Shown here in pieces: positions 24,333 through 32,000 of a stretch of DNA of 32,000 nt (its first letter is position 1; every line of letters begins with the position of its first letter). The stretch lies in assembly GCF_001458695.1 (NCBI RefSeq), contig NZ_LN885086.1, positions 2,550,001 to 2,582,000 on the forward strand, given 5' to 3'. Position numbers and translations under genes: made by a program. The notes under the pieces were generated by a model. The model worked only from the letters and a program-made list of their open reading frames with translations, was not told the DNA's origin and did not search any database. The DNA is from Candidatus Nitrospira inopinata. GTDB lineage: Bacteria > Nitrospirota > Nitrospiria > Nitrospirales > Nitrospiraceae.

Positions 24333-25802
24333 CTAGTTGATGCGAGGCCTGGGTTGAATCTTGGCCCGCAGCCGATCCCATTGATCCGTGACCAAACTGA
24401 ATCGCCCCTTTGACGGATAGGGGAACCGAAACGCCACCGGTTCCTCCTGCGGCGGCAGATGGTTCATGTCTCGATACACGTTGACCGGCGCCGAGTCCGC
24501 CGCGAGGTGGAACATGGAGCGATAGCCCAATCCGCATCCGGCGATGTTTAACAACTCGTGCGCGCCGTTTTGCCTGGCCCGGCCGATCGCCCGTTGCGCG
24601 ATGGACCGATAGGAGTAAAACTGCCCCTTGGCCCATTTGTGCCCCCAGTACAACTGTTCGACGGTCATCTTGGCCGGTTTATAGACGACGTGCTCGCCCG
24701 TGTACATCGTCCAATTCTCGGTCAAAATGCGGCCGGCCGCCTTGAGTTCCGCGAACTGTCTGGTTCCGGGATAGGGAGTCATGATGCGCCAGAGGGCTCC
24801 GGCCAGGCCCATGCGGGTGGCCCACTCGGCGGTCCGTTCGAAATCGTACACGTCTTCATGGTCCAGGCCGCAGATGAAACCCGCGTGAATATCGATGCCG
24901 TGGTCATGGATGCGGCGAATCATGTCTTCATAGAGCTTCGCCGAATTTTGTTTGTTGACCGATTTCAACGAATCCTGATTGATCGATTCCAACCCCATGA
25001 ACATCGCCGAACAGCCGGCTTCCTTGAGCGTTTTGAGCAAGTCGGGATGATGCGCGATGTAGGTCGCGCTCATTTGGCTCATCCATTTTTTCCCCAGCGG
25101 CTTCAAGGCCGCGCAGAGGTCTCTCGTATAGATCGGGTCGGAGAGCAGATCGTCGTCCCAGAACATCACCATCGGCCCGGACATCCGTTCGACCAGCTTG
25201 ACGACGTCGGCGGGCGGTTTTTTGCGAAAGCCGTACTGCCCTCCTCCGAGCGCCAAGTGAATCGAACAAAACGAGCAGCGATAGTTGCAGCCTCGCGTGG
25301 CCGTCAAGGCGTGCCGAAACATGTAGCCTTGGGGCAAGAGATCCCATCGAGGCGGCCGTTCGTCCCATTGTTCGACCATATAGGGCATGGTGTAACGGGG
25401 TTGAAGCCTGCCGTTCTTGAAGTCCGTGAGCAGCCTCGGCACCGTCAATTCGCCTTCGCCGATCACGATGGCGTCGGCATGTCGCTGCGCCTCGTCGGGC
25501 AACGTGGAGGGGTGAATGCCGCCGAGCACCACTTTGGCGCCGCGCTCGCGGAACAGCCGGGCGACCTCATAGGCTCGAACGGCCACGACCGTCGTGACGG
25601 TGATAAAGACCAGATCGTACTCGCGGGTGAAATCGATGGGGCCGACCAACTCGTCCTGAATCTCGATGTCCCATTCGTCTTCGGGGATCAGCGCGGCGAG
25701 GGTGGGAAGGTTGAGGTTCGGCGTGCGAAAGAGTTTCCAAACCGAATCCCACTTTTGGTCTTCGGGGTGGGGAATGATCAGGCCGATTTTATGGCGTCCC
25801 AT
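24333..25802 (-). CDS. B12-binding domain-containing radical SAM protein (class B, with DUF4070-like C-terminal region)
   Basis: Strong SD AAGGAGGG lies 6 nt before ATG 25802. N-terminal cobalamin-binding Rossmann-like region: KIGLIIP...DLVFITVTT...KVVLGGIHPS. Radical SAM cluster motif: CNYRCSFC. Confidence 0.9.
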   Translation of the reverse strand: MGRHKIGLIIPHPEDQKWDSVWKLFRTPNLNLPTLAALIPEDEWDIEIQDELVGPIDFTREYDLVFITVTTVVAVRAYEVARLFRERGAKVVLGGIHPSTLPDEAQRHADAIVIGEGELTVPRLLTDFKNGRLQPRYTMPYMVEQWDERPPRWDLLPQGYMFRHALTATRGCNYRCSFCSIHLALGGGQYGFRKKPPADVVKLVERMSGPMVMFWDDDLLSDPIYTRDLCAALKPLGKKWMSQMSATYIAHHPDLLKTLKEAGCSAMFMGLESINQDSLKSVNKQNSAKLYEDMIRRIHDHGIDIHAGFICGLDHEDVYDFERTAEWATRMGLAGALWRIMTPYPGTRQFAELKAAGRILTENWTMYTGEHVVYKPAKMTVEQLYWGHKWAKGQFYSYRSIAQRAIGRARQNGAHELLNIAGCGLGYRSMFHLAADSAPVNVYRDMNHLPPQEEPVAFRFPYPSKGRFSLVTDQWDRLRAKIQPRPRIN

Positions 25803-26295
25803 ACGTTCCCTCCTTGCGACGTTATGATAGGGCGATGGACTGATGGTATGCCGATCCGGTTCTCCTATCGATTCCGTTCATGTTGGTGAAACGGCTTTCT
25901 CTTGCCGAATCATTGTCACATTGATCGTTCTGTCGTGTGAAGGCATTGATCGCGCAACGACATTCATTGAGCCGAACCAGGAAATTGATCACGTGGAACG
26001 AATCTTCGGGGAGAGGCCGGTGGGTCAGAGCGGAACAGACGGTTTGCCGTTGTGAGCGGCGGAAGAAAGGACGATGGAGTGACCGATGGGCGAGAAGCGG
26101 CATCAGGCACCACCCGGATGTGGCGGCACGATACCCTTCTCTCTAAGCAAGATCAAGGGGTAAATAACAGCCGGTGAACAATTTGCGGGGGCTCATGAGC
26201 AACAATCGGGTGCTGTTCTGACCGCCGTGTCGGAGGAGTCCTTCATCCCATCAGTCGGCGCAAGAAACCGGCAAAAGCGCAGAAAAAGAGCGTGA

Positions 26296-27750
26296 CTATC
26301 GAACCTCGTGCAGTTTCATCAGGTTGGTGCCGCCAGGCTGTCCGACCTGGGTGCCGGAGAGGATGACGATCTTTTCTCCGCCCTTGACCAGCCCTTCGGC
26401 TTTTAATTTCCGCTCCGCCTCCTCCACGCGATCGTCGGTGTGTTCGATCTGCGGGATCAGAGAGGGACGCACGCCCCAATAGAGGGCCATCCGTTGCCGG
26501 ACGGATTCGTACGGCGTGAAGGCGATGATGGGGGAAATCGGCCGTTGTTTCGAAATCAATCGCGCCGTCGCGCCCCGTTCGCTGAAGACGACAATCATGT
26601 CGGCGGCAATGGCCTGAGCCGCGAAATAGGCGGCGGTGCAGACGGCGTCTGGAAACGGCATGGGCTCAACGTCCGTTCGTCGTCTGAACAGGGACGTTGA
26701 TCCGGCTTCCTGCTCGGCAGCCTGGATGATACGGTCCATGACCTGCACCGTTTCGAGGGGATAGGTGCCGACGGCCGTTTCGGCTGACAACATCACTGCG
26801 TCCGTGCCGTCGAAGACGGCGTTCGCCACGTCCGATGCTTCGGCCCTGGTGGGACGAGGAGACTGGGTCATCGATTCCAACATCTGGGTCGCCGTGATGA
26901 CCAGACGGCGGCGGCGGTTGGCTTCCATAATGATCCGTTTCTGCAAAATCGGCACGGCCTCCGGTCCCATCTCGACGCCGAGATCGCCGCGCGCGATCAT
27001 GACGCCGTCCGCTTCGTCCAGCAGCGCATCCAACGCAGCGACGGCCTCCGCCCGCTCGATCTTGGCGATGATCGGTTGATCGCCGCCACAGTCGGCGATG
27101 AACCCGCGGGCGGCCCTGATATCTTCCGGACCTCGGACAAACGACAGGGCGACGTAGTCCACGCCTTGAGCGATTCCGAATCGCAAGTCTTCCCGATCCT
27201 TGTCGGTGAGCGTCGGGACGCTTACGTCGGTGCCGGGAAGGTTGATGCCTTTGTGAGACAAGATTGTGCCGCCTGTTACGACAGTACAGTCAACGTGGGA
27301 GTCGGCGACGCGATCGGCGAACAGCTCGATGAGTCCGTCGTTGATCAGAATTCTCGCGCCTTGTTTGAGGTCGCGCGTGAGGGAGGGATAGAGGATCGGA
27401 ATGTCCGGCAGGGATGAATGAGTGGGGGGAGAAGGCGAGGGCGGTCGGCTTGATGATGGTAGTGAGACCGGCCGCATTCTGACGGATTGACCGGAACGGA
27501 CCGCGATTCCGCCCTCGGGAACCGCTCCGATCCGTATGCGAGGGCCTTGCACATCTTGAACGATCGCGACGGCGACCTGCCTCCGCGCCGCGGCTTGCCG
27601 AATGGCGGCGATGGCGGCGGCATGGGCCTCATGGGTGCCGTGGGAAAAATTGAGCCGGGCCGCGTCCATGCCGCTCTCGATCAGCCGATCCAACATGGTC
27701 GGCGACGCGGTGGCCGGGCCGATGGTACAGACGATTTTGGCTTTGCGCAT
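26296..27750 (-). CDS. pyk: Pyruvate kinase
   Basis: MRKAKIVCTIGPA...MDAARLNFSHG...QGPRIRIG...GVDYVALSFV...IAKIE...DGVMIARGDLGVE...VITATQMLESM...PTRAE..DVANAV.DG.DAVMLS.ETA.G.YP. The track ORF 27828 is trimmed to ATG 27750. Confidence 0.95.
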   Translation of the reverse strand: MRKAKIVCTIGPATASPTMLDRLIESGMDAARLNFSHGTHEAHAAAIAAIRQAAARRQVAVAIVQDVQGPRIRIGAVPEGGIAVRSGQSVRMRPVSLPSSSRPPSPSPPTHSSLPDIPILYPSLTRDLKQGARILINDGLIELFADRVADSHVDCTVVTGGTILSHKGINLPGTDVSVPTLTDKDREDLRFGIAQGVDYVALSFVRGPEDIRAARGFIADCGGDQPIIAKIERAEAVAALDALLDEADGVMIARGDLGVEMGPEAVPILQKRIIMEANRRRRLVITATQMLESMTQSPRPTRAEASDVANAVFDGTDAVMLSAETAVGTYPLETVQVMDRIIQAAEQEAGSTSLFRRRTDVEPMPFPDAVCTAAYFAAQAIAADMIVVFSERGATARLISKQRPISPIIAFTPYESVRQRMALYWGVRPSLIPQIEHTDDRVEEAERKLKAEGLVKGGEKIVILSGTQVGQPGGTNLMKLHEVR

Positions 27751-27858
27751 GGGGACCTTTCCGTCGGAGCCTTGATGAGCGTGATTCTTTGACGGCCGGT
27801 TCACACTATGTTTTGAGCATGATCCCAAAACAGCTTAACATGGTCGAGGGATTTCGTT

Positions 27859-28602
27859 TCAGGCAAGACGAAGTCCGAAGGTGAACGTGGCCGCGTACCC
27901 GTCCTCCATTGGCGTCGGGTCGAGCATGAGACGGTCTCCGCCCTGGCGGAAGATCCAGTCTTGCCGATTGCGGGTGGCGCGAGCCCCTCGCGAGGCATAG
28001 GGCGGCTGCGAGAGAACATGATTCGTCAACTCGTCGTCGAAATAGAGTTGCGATGTGAAATCAAAACTTCGACGGCCAATGGGAGCCGTCCGAATCTTGA
28101 CGTGGATGTGCACCGTTCGTCCGGGGTACCAGCCTGGATAGATCGTGATGAATCGAGCTTCGCCGGCGGCGTCGGTCGTCTGATAGCCGCGGAGGAATTT
28201 CCGTCCCACGGTGTTGAACCAAGGATCTCTGACGTCGGAGTAGAATCCCATGGCGTCGCATTGCCAGATATCAACAACGGCTCCGACCAGAGGCCGGCAG
28301 TCGGTGGCGAAGATGCCCACGGTCCGAATTGTCAGCCGCAAAGGAATTCCCGGTGTGGCCTGTCCCGTTGAGGGATCGGAACGGATGTCGGAACGGTTCA
28401 ACCGTTCGTCGATGAAATAGGGACCTTCCGTCTGCTGAGGGAGGACAAGGCAGGAAGGTCTTGCGCTCTGGGCTGTCGCTCGTCGAGGAACCAAAGCCTG
28501 TTCCATCACCCACGCCGCGCCGGTGATACCAAATCCGGTCAGAACGTCACGACGGGACAGGAGGAGCCTTCTGCGATCTCGGTGATGCGTCACGTCAATC
28601 AC
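27859..28602 (-). CDS. Tat-exported intradiol ring-cleavage dioxygenase-like protein
   Basis: Twin-arginine signal: HHRDRRRLLLSRRDVLTGFGITGAAWV. Dioxygenase core motifs: GAVVDIWQCDAMGFYS and TTDAAGEARFITIYPGWYPGRTVHIHVKI. The GTG start overlaps the slp stop (GTGA). Confidence 0.8.
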   Translation of the reverse strand: MIDVTHHRDRRRLLLSRRDVLTGFGITGAAWVMEQALVPRRATAQSARPSCLVLPQQTEGPYFIDERLNRSDIRSDPSTGQATPGIPLRLTIRTVGIFATDCRPLVGAVVDIWQCDAMGFYSDVRDPWFNTVGRKFLRGYQTTDAAGEARFITIYPGWYPGRTVHIHVKIRTAPIGRRSFDFTSQLYFDDELTNHVLSQPPYASRGARATRNRQDWIFRQGGDRLMLDPTPMEDGYAATFTFGLRLA

Positions 28603-29282
28603 CTTCGTTTGAATCTTGGGGGAATACCGGAAGGAGGAGGAGAGGGGGGCGGTCTCGGCGCGGGACGGGGCTGAACGATGAAGGGGTAGGGCCTCGTCCA
28701 GAAAGGATAGTAACCGTATGGAACGCCCCAGTAGCCGAAGGGCGGATAGTAATAGGGACCGTAAAACGCGGCGGGGGCAGTGTCCGGCTCTTCCATGTCC
28801 ACTGTATTCCAGTCGATCAGATGCTTGATGGCGAGAACGGGGTACAGATACTCGGCTTCATCCAGTCGCCGCGTGATGGAACCTTGCACGGTCCCGATGA
28901 TGGTCACCGGCGTGCCGGGAGGCACAGTGGCCGGGTCGAGAAATTCTTCACGGACGGCGATGAACCGTCCTTCGGACCGGAGACGGTCTTTGGTCGAAAT
29001 CCGGCCCTCTTTTCTCGGCAGTTGCAGGATTTCAAGTTCCGTTTGTTGGGACGTCCGCTTGGCCGCCAAGACGATGCCGCCCAAGCTGACGGTTCGTCCA
29101 AGATAAGAATCGGTGTCGGCCCGGAGGTCGGCGAACGTCACGCCGGTGTCGATCTCCTTTTGTAATTCCAGCGGGATACCGAGCGGGCCTGTCTCGCGCT
29201 GAACTTGGTGCAGCGATTCCGCGCAGGCGGACAGGATGAGGAGTCCGCCGAAGAGGACGACGATCGGGACCGGGCGGGCCAT
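28599..29282 (-). CDS. Slp-family outer-membrane lipoprotein with Tyr/Gly/Pro-rich C-terminal tail
   Basis: GGAG lies 7 nt before ATG 29282. Lipobox LILSAC. Slp-like core: YLGRTVSLGGIVLAAKRT..QTELEILQLP.....R......SEGRFIA....FLDPA...G..VTIIG.V.G. The extra 67-aa tail is AAFYGPYYYPPFGYWGVPYGYYPFW...PRPPPSPPPSGIPP. Confidence 0.75.
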   Translation of the reverse strand: MARPVPIVVLFGGLLILSACAESLHQVQRETGPLGIPLELQKEIDTGVTFADLRADTDSYLGRTVSLGGIVLAAKRTSQQTELEILQLPRKEGRISTKDRLRSEGRFIAVREEFLDPATVPPGTPVTIIGTVQGSITRRLDEAEYLYPVLAIKHLIDWNTVDMEEPDTAPAAFYGPYYYPPFGYWGVPYGYYPFWTRPYPFIVQPRPAPRPPPSPPPSGIPPRFKRR

Positions 29283-29297
29283 GAAGATGCTCCGTTT

Positions 29298-29960
29298 TTA
29301 GAAATGCAGTGAGACGCCGAACAACAGGTGCTGCGCCCGATATCCGCCTTCAAAACCCCCGGCCGGGCCGAAGGCCTTGTCAAAAACGAACGTGGCGCTC
29401 GTGTATTTATATTCGCCGAAGACCGCGACGTGGGAAGTCACGAAGGCCCGCATGCCGGCGAAGGCGTTGAAGCCTCCGGCGACGTCGGAATCCCGTTGCA
29501 CGCCGCCGGAATCGCGCAGGTGAGCGATGACGGGGCCGCCGCCGATTCCGACGTAGGGTTGAAACGTTCGGCCCGGATACCGCGCGACAAGATTGACGGT
29601 GACCGACATCACTCGCAAATGGATTCCCGGAGCATCGACCGTCCCTTTGACGTGAGGAGTGGAATGGAGAAATTCACCCTCGACGCCGAACCAGCCGTGT
29701 CTAAAAAAATGCCCGACCTTCCCGCCCAGGGCGACGGAGTTCTGAAGATCCAGATCCTGAAACAGTAAACCGCCCGTTCCTTCCACGTCCGTGAGACGGT
29801 CGGCGAAGTTGATACCGCCAACCCCGGCCACGTAGGATTCCGCGGGTGCGGAAGCCGGCAGGAAACAGATTCCGATTCCCACACCGAAAAAGAAAACGCT
29901 CCCGATGAAGAATGATTTCATGGTCCGAGCCGTCTTGCTCTTCTTCTGGGAAGCGCACAT
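29298..29960 (-). CDS. Outer-membrane beta-barrel (OMP_b-brl/OmpW-like) protein
   Basis: Signal peptide ...FFIGSVFFFGVGIGICFLPASAPA|E, alternating strand pattern, and a C-terminal LLFGVSLHF. The start is either ATG 29960 (extended -10 box 9 nt upstream) or ATG 29921 (MKSFF...). Neither has a good SD. Confidence 0.7.
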   Translation of the reverse strand: MCASQKKSKTARTMKSFFIGSVFFFGVGIGICFLPASAPAESYVAGVGGINFADRLTDVEGTGGLLFQDLDLQNSVALGGKVGHFFRHGWFGVEGEFLHSTPHVKGTVDAPGIHLRVMSVTVNLVARYPGRTFQPYVGIGGGPVIAHLRDSGGVQRDSDVAGGFNAFAGMRAFVTSHVAVFGEYKYTSATFVFDKAFGPAGGFEGGYRAQHLLFGVSLHF

Positions 29961-29969
29961 TGACGCCTC

Positions 29970-29978
29970 ATGATACCA
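29970..29978 (-). promoter_or_regulatory. Extended -10 box TGgTATCAT (minus strand), 9 nt upstream of ATG 29960
   Basis: Minus-strand read: cTTGGTATCATgaggcgtcaATG. No SD is present. Confidence 0.3.
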
Positions 29979-30230
29979 AGAGGATGTAGGAAAGAGAACA
30001 GCCGACCGGGCACAGGTTTGCCGCGAAGGAGTTTGGGCATGGCCCCCAAAGGAGGACGCGGGCTCGTATGATTCCGCGCCGGAGAGACCTTATGGGCATA
30101 TGGTAGAGCAATAGCGAGATGTTACCGGATCTCCCATGAATAGAGACGCAACCATGTGGAAGTTTCTTTTCGTCTCTCCTTGAGTCGCCGTCTTTCGCCA
30201 AGTACACTTCCGACGATATTTTGAGACGCC

Positions 30231-30794
30231 ATGAACGACAAGCCTTCCGATCCGGCCGATCGTTCCGATGCTTCCTCGCAAGAATCCCGTTCTTCTTCAA
30301 CCCGAAGGGAGCGGGTCGTGAGTCTCGTCGTCATCGGCCTTGTGCTGTCCTCCGCGCTCTGGGCTCTTCGAACGGAAGATCGCCCGCCACGTACTTCGTC
30401 GTCGAGCGCCGGGCCTTCCGGCTCGACCGTCGTCTTGCCGGAAGAAAAGGTTCCTTTGGTGACGGGAGATGAAACGATTCATGAAATTTTTATCCGGGCC
30501 GGCTGCGTCGTGTGTCATCAAATCCCCGGAATTCCGGAAGCGAAAGGTCGGGTGGGCCCGCCCCTGGCATTGGGGAGCACGGGGAAACGACGGCTCGGTG
30601 ATCCGGCTTATCGTGGAAAGGCCAGGACCGTTCACGAATACGTGATTGAATCGGTGTTGGAGCCGGATCGGTTCGTCGTGCCGGGCTATCCGAGCCGAAC
30701 GATGCCGGCCTGGTACGGATCGAAGCTCAGCGCGCTCGCGTTGGAAAAAATCGCCAGGTATTTGGAGCAGCAAACGGGGGATGACGGGGAATGA
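30231..30794 (+). CDS. Membrane-anchored mono-haem c-type cytochrome
   Basis: N-terminal TM VVSLVVIGLVLSSALWAL. Haem motif CVVCH (GCVVCHQIPG). A distal Met candidate lies in SRTMPAWY. Confidence 0.75.
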   Translation: MNDKPSDPADRSDASSQESRSSSTRRERVVSLVVIGLVLSSALWALRTEDRPPRTSSSSAGPSGSTVVLPEEKVPLVTGDETIHEIFIRAGCVVCHQIPGIPEAKGRVGPPLALGSTGKRRLGDPAYRGKARTVHEYVIESVLEPDRFVVPGYPSRTMPAWYGSKLSALALEKIARYLEQQTGDDGE

Positions 30795-30842
30795 AAAATG
30801 GGACGATCGGCCGGCCTTTCGGCGATCTCCGGCTTGTCGCGC

Positions 30843-32000
30843 TCAGCGTTTCCGCAAGGGAGTGATCCTGTCGGTTCGCCCCCCCTGAATCCTGAACGCG
30901 TCGCCCGTTCCTCCGCCGGTTTGCCTGTCCAGCAAGACGTTGACGGCGTCGTCTCCCTTCAAGCCTTCCAGTTTGATCTTCAGCCGGAGATTGTTGGCGC
31001 TGTCGGCGTTGATCAAGGCCTGTTCCAGGCTGATGCGATTGTCCTTGTATAACTGGAACAGCACGCGATCGAACGTCTGGCATCCTTCTTCGTGCCCCTG
31101 TTCCATCGCCTCTTTGAGCGTGTCGACTTCGGCCTTCTTGATCAGATCCTTCACGCGCGGCGTGTCCAACATGATTTCCAACGCCGGTACGCGCCGCCCG
31201 TCGAGCGACGGAATCAACCGTTGGGAGATGATGGCGCGGAGGTTGAGGGACAGTTGCAGATAGATCTGCGCGTGCCGCTCCTGCGGAAAAAAATTCATGA
31301 TGCGTTCGATCGCCTGATTCGCGTTGTTGGAGTGCAGGGTGGCCAGGCACAGGTGGCCGGTTTCGGCGAACGTGATGGCGGCCTCCATCGTCTCGGTGTC
31401 GCGCACCTCGCCGATCAGAATGACGTCGGGAGCTTGGCGCAAAGCGTTCTTCAGCGCGTTTTGGAAATTCAGGGTGTCGAAGCCCACCTCGCGCTGCGTG
31501 ACGATGGATTTTTTGTGTTGATGCACGAATTCGATCGGGTCTTCGACCGTGACGATGTGGCCGGCCTGGACCGTGTTGCGATGGTCGATCATGGCGGCCA
31601 AGGTCGTGGATTTACCGGAGCCGGTGGCCCCGACGACGAGCACCAGTCCGCGTTTAGTCATGGCGATGTCTTTGATGATCGGAGGGAGCTGCAACTCCTC
31701 GACCGTTTGGATTTCGGCTTTGATGTGGCGGAACACGATGCCCACGTTCCCCCGCTGGCGAAAGACGTTGACGCGGAACCGGCCGAGCTCTTTGTAGTAG
31801 AGCGCCAGGTTCATTTCCATTTTTTCTTCGAATTCGCCGCGCTGTTGACCGCGCATCAACGCCAAGGCCAACGCTTCCAATTGGTCGTTGGTGAACGGCG
31901 GCGCGTCGGCCGGTTGCGTCGAACCGTGCACGCGATAAATCGGCGGCGCATCCACGGTCAAATAGAGGTCGGACGCTTCATGGTCCACCATGACCTTGAG
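30843..32000 (-). CDS. pilU: Type IV pilus retraction ATPase PilU-like (PilT family); N-terminus runs off the window
   Basis: The frame stays open to base 32000 (LKVMVDHEASDLYL...), aligning with the PilU N-terminus (..LMVEKGGSDLFI). Walker A GATGSGKST, then EDPIEF, VTQREVG, LRQAPDVILIGEVRD, ETGHLCLATLHSNNA, and a C-terminal ADSANNLRLKIKL, which I recall as PilU-specific. Confidence 0.85.
   Translation of the reverse strand, partial: LKVMVDHEASDLYLTVDAPPIYRVHGSTQPADAPPFTNDQLEALALALMRGQQRGEFEEKMEMNLALYYKELGRFRVNVFRQRGNVGIVFRHIKAEIQTVEELQLPPIIKDIAMTKRGLVLVVGATGSGKSTTLAAMIDHRNTVQAGHIVTVEDPIEFVHQHKKSIVTQREVGFDTLNFQNALKNALRQAPDVILIGEVRDTETMEAAITFAETGHLCLATLHSNNANQAIERIMNFFPQERHAQIYLQLSLNLRAIISQRLIPSLDGRRVPALEIMLDTPRVKDLIKKAEVDTLKEAMEQGHEEGCQTFDRVLFQLYKDNRISLEQALINADSANNLRLKIKLEGLKGDDAVNVLLDRQTGGGTGDAFRIQGGRTDRITPLRKR

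Noticed and set aside
26191-26200. 10-bp perfect palindrome GCTCATGAGC flanked by two AACAAT copies, within a 6-bp ACAGC/GCTGT outer stem.
   Set aside because: It is short and isolated, the flanks are not complementary, and it is not obviously positioned relative to any promoter. It could easily be chance.
25803-26295. Possible cobalamin or SAM riboswitch, or a tRNA/sRNA, in the long gap upstream of the B12-radical SAM gene. Also the plus-strand small ORFs 25843..26055 and 25937..26146.
   Set aside because: I could not find the B12-box or conserved GGTGAAA...GCCACTG-type cores on the minus strand by eye. There is no cloverleaf-compatible T-arm. The plus-strand ORFs lack an SD and one is extremely Arg-rich. 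The region is kept as an unexplained-region finding, not as a feature.
26290-26305. GGTTCGAT (T-loop-like) on the minus strand.
   Set aside because: It encodes the last codons (E-V-R-stop) of pyruvate kinase, and no flanking acceptor or anticodon stems are present.
30805-30827. Imperfect hairpin GATCGGCC-ggcctttc-GGCGATC between the converging cytochrome c and pilU genes, as a possible bidirectional terminator.
   Set aside because: The stem is only 5+2 bp with a bulge and there is no U-tract on either side. This is too weak to call.
1-32000. Mobile genetic element, prophage or defence island.
   Set aside because: No integrase, transposase, recombinase, phage structural gene, restriction or toxin-antitoxin hallmark was recognisable, and no flanking direct repeats were noticed. 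Only the single orphan gene at 11754..12455 has a mobile-element flavour.

Overview
GC-rich bacterial chromosomal window. The gene content resembles Nitrospirota or delta-proteobacteria-like lineages, but taxonomy cannot be settled from the sequence alone. I call 26 protein-coding genes, two of them cut by the window edges. By eye I found no rRNA, tRNA, CRISPR array, transposase or integrase. High GC produces many long antisense shadow ORFs in the track, which I rejected. Several track ORFs are also over-extended at the 5' end, and I re-set those starts from SD or promoter evidence. Layout: (i) 1-2648 holds a DUF3047 fragment and an exported amicyanin-like cupredoxin fused to a beta-propeller. 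(ii) 2884-8984 is a co-directional run of seven envelope or exported genes. These are a multi-DUF5666 lipoprotein, a secreted (E/D)R/PER-repeat protein, an outer-membrane barrel, an ECF sigma factor, an anti-sigma factor with a periplasmic CBM48 (glycogen-binding-type) domain, a lipoprotein made only of a paralogous CBM48 module, and a secreted helical-repeat protein with a matching DR-rich tail. (iii) 9108-23745 is mostly housekeeping: a DHH-DHHA1-CBS-CCA nucleotidyltransferase fusion, an orphan mobile-element-type gene, MFS transporter, J-domain protein, amidohydrolase, CPBP protease, SDR, full-length Lhr helicase and tandem USP. (iv) 23905-25802 holds a B12-binding radical SAM enzyme and a secreted adhesin-E-like protein, preceded by an unusually long AT-richer upstream region. 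(v) 26296-32000 holds pyruvate kinase, an OMP-Slp-Tat-exported intradiol-dioxygenase-like operon, a membrane-anchored cytochrome c and pilU. The most interesting candidates are the CBM48-sensing ECF module, the shared charged repeat tails, and a recurring extended -10 box placed 6-9 nt before SD-less ATGs, which suggests leaderless mRNAs. All family names come from motif recognition by eye and from memory. No database search was run.
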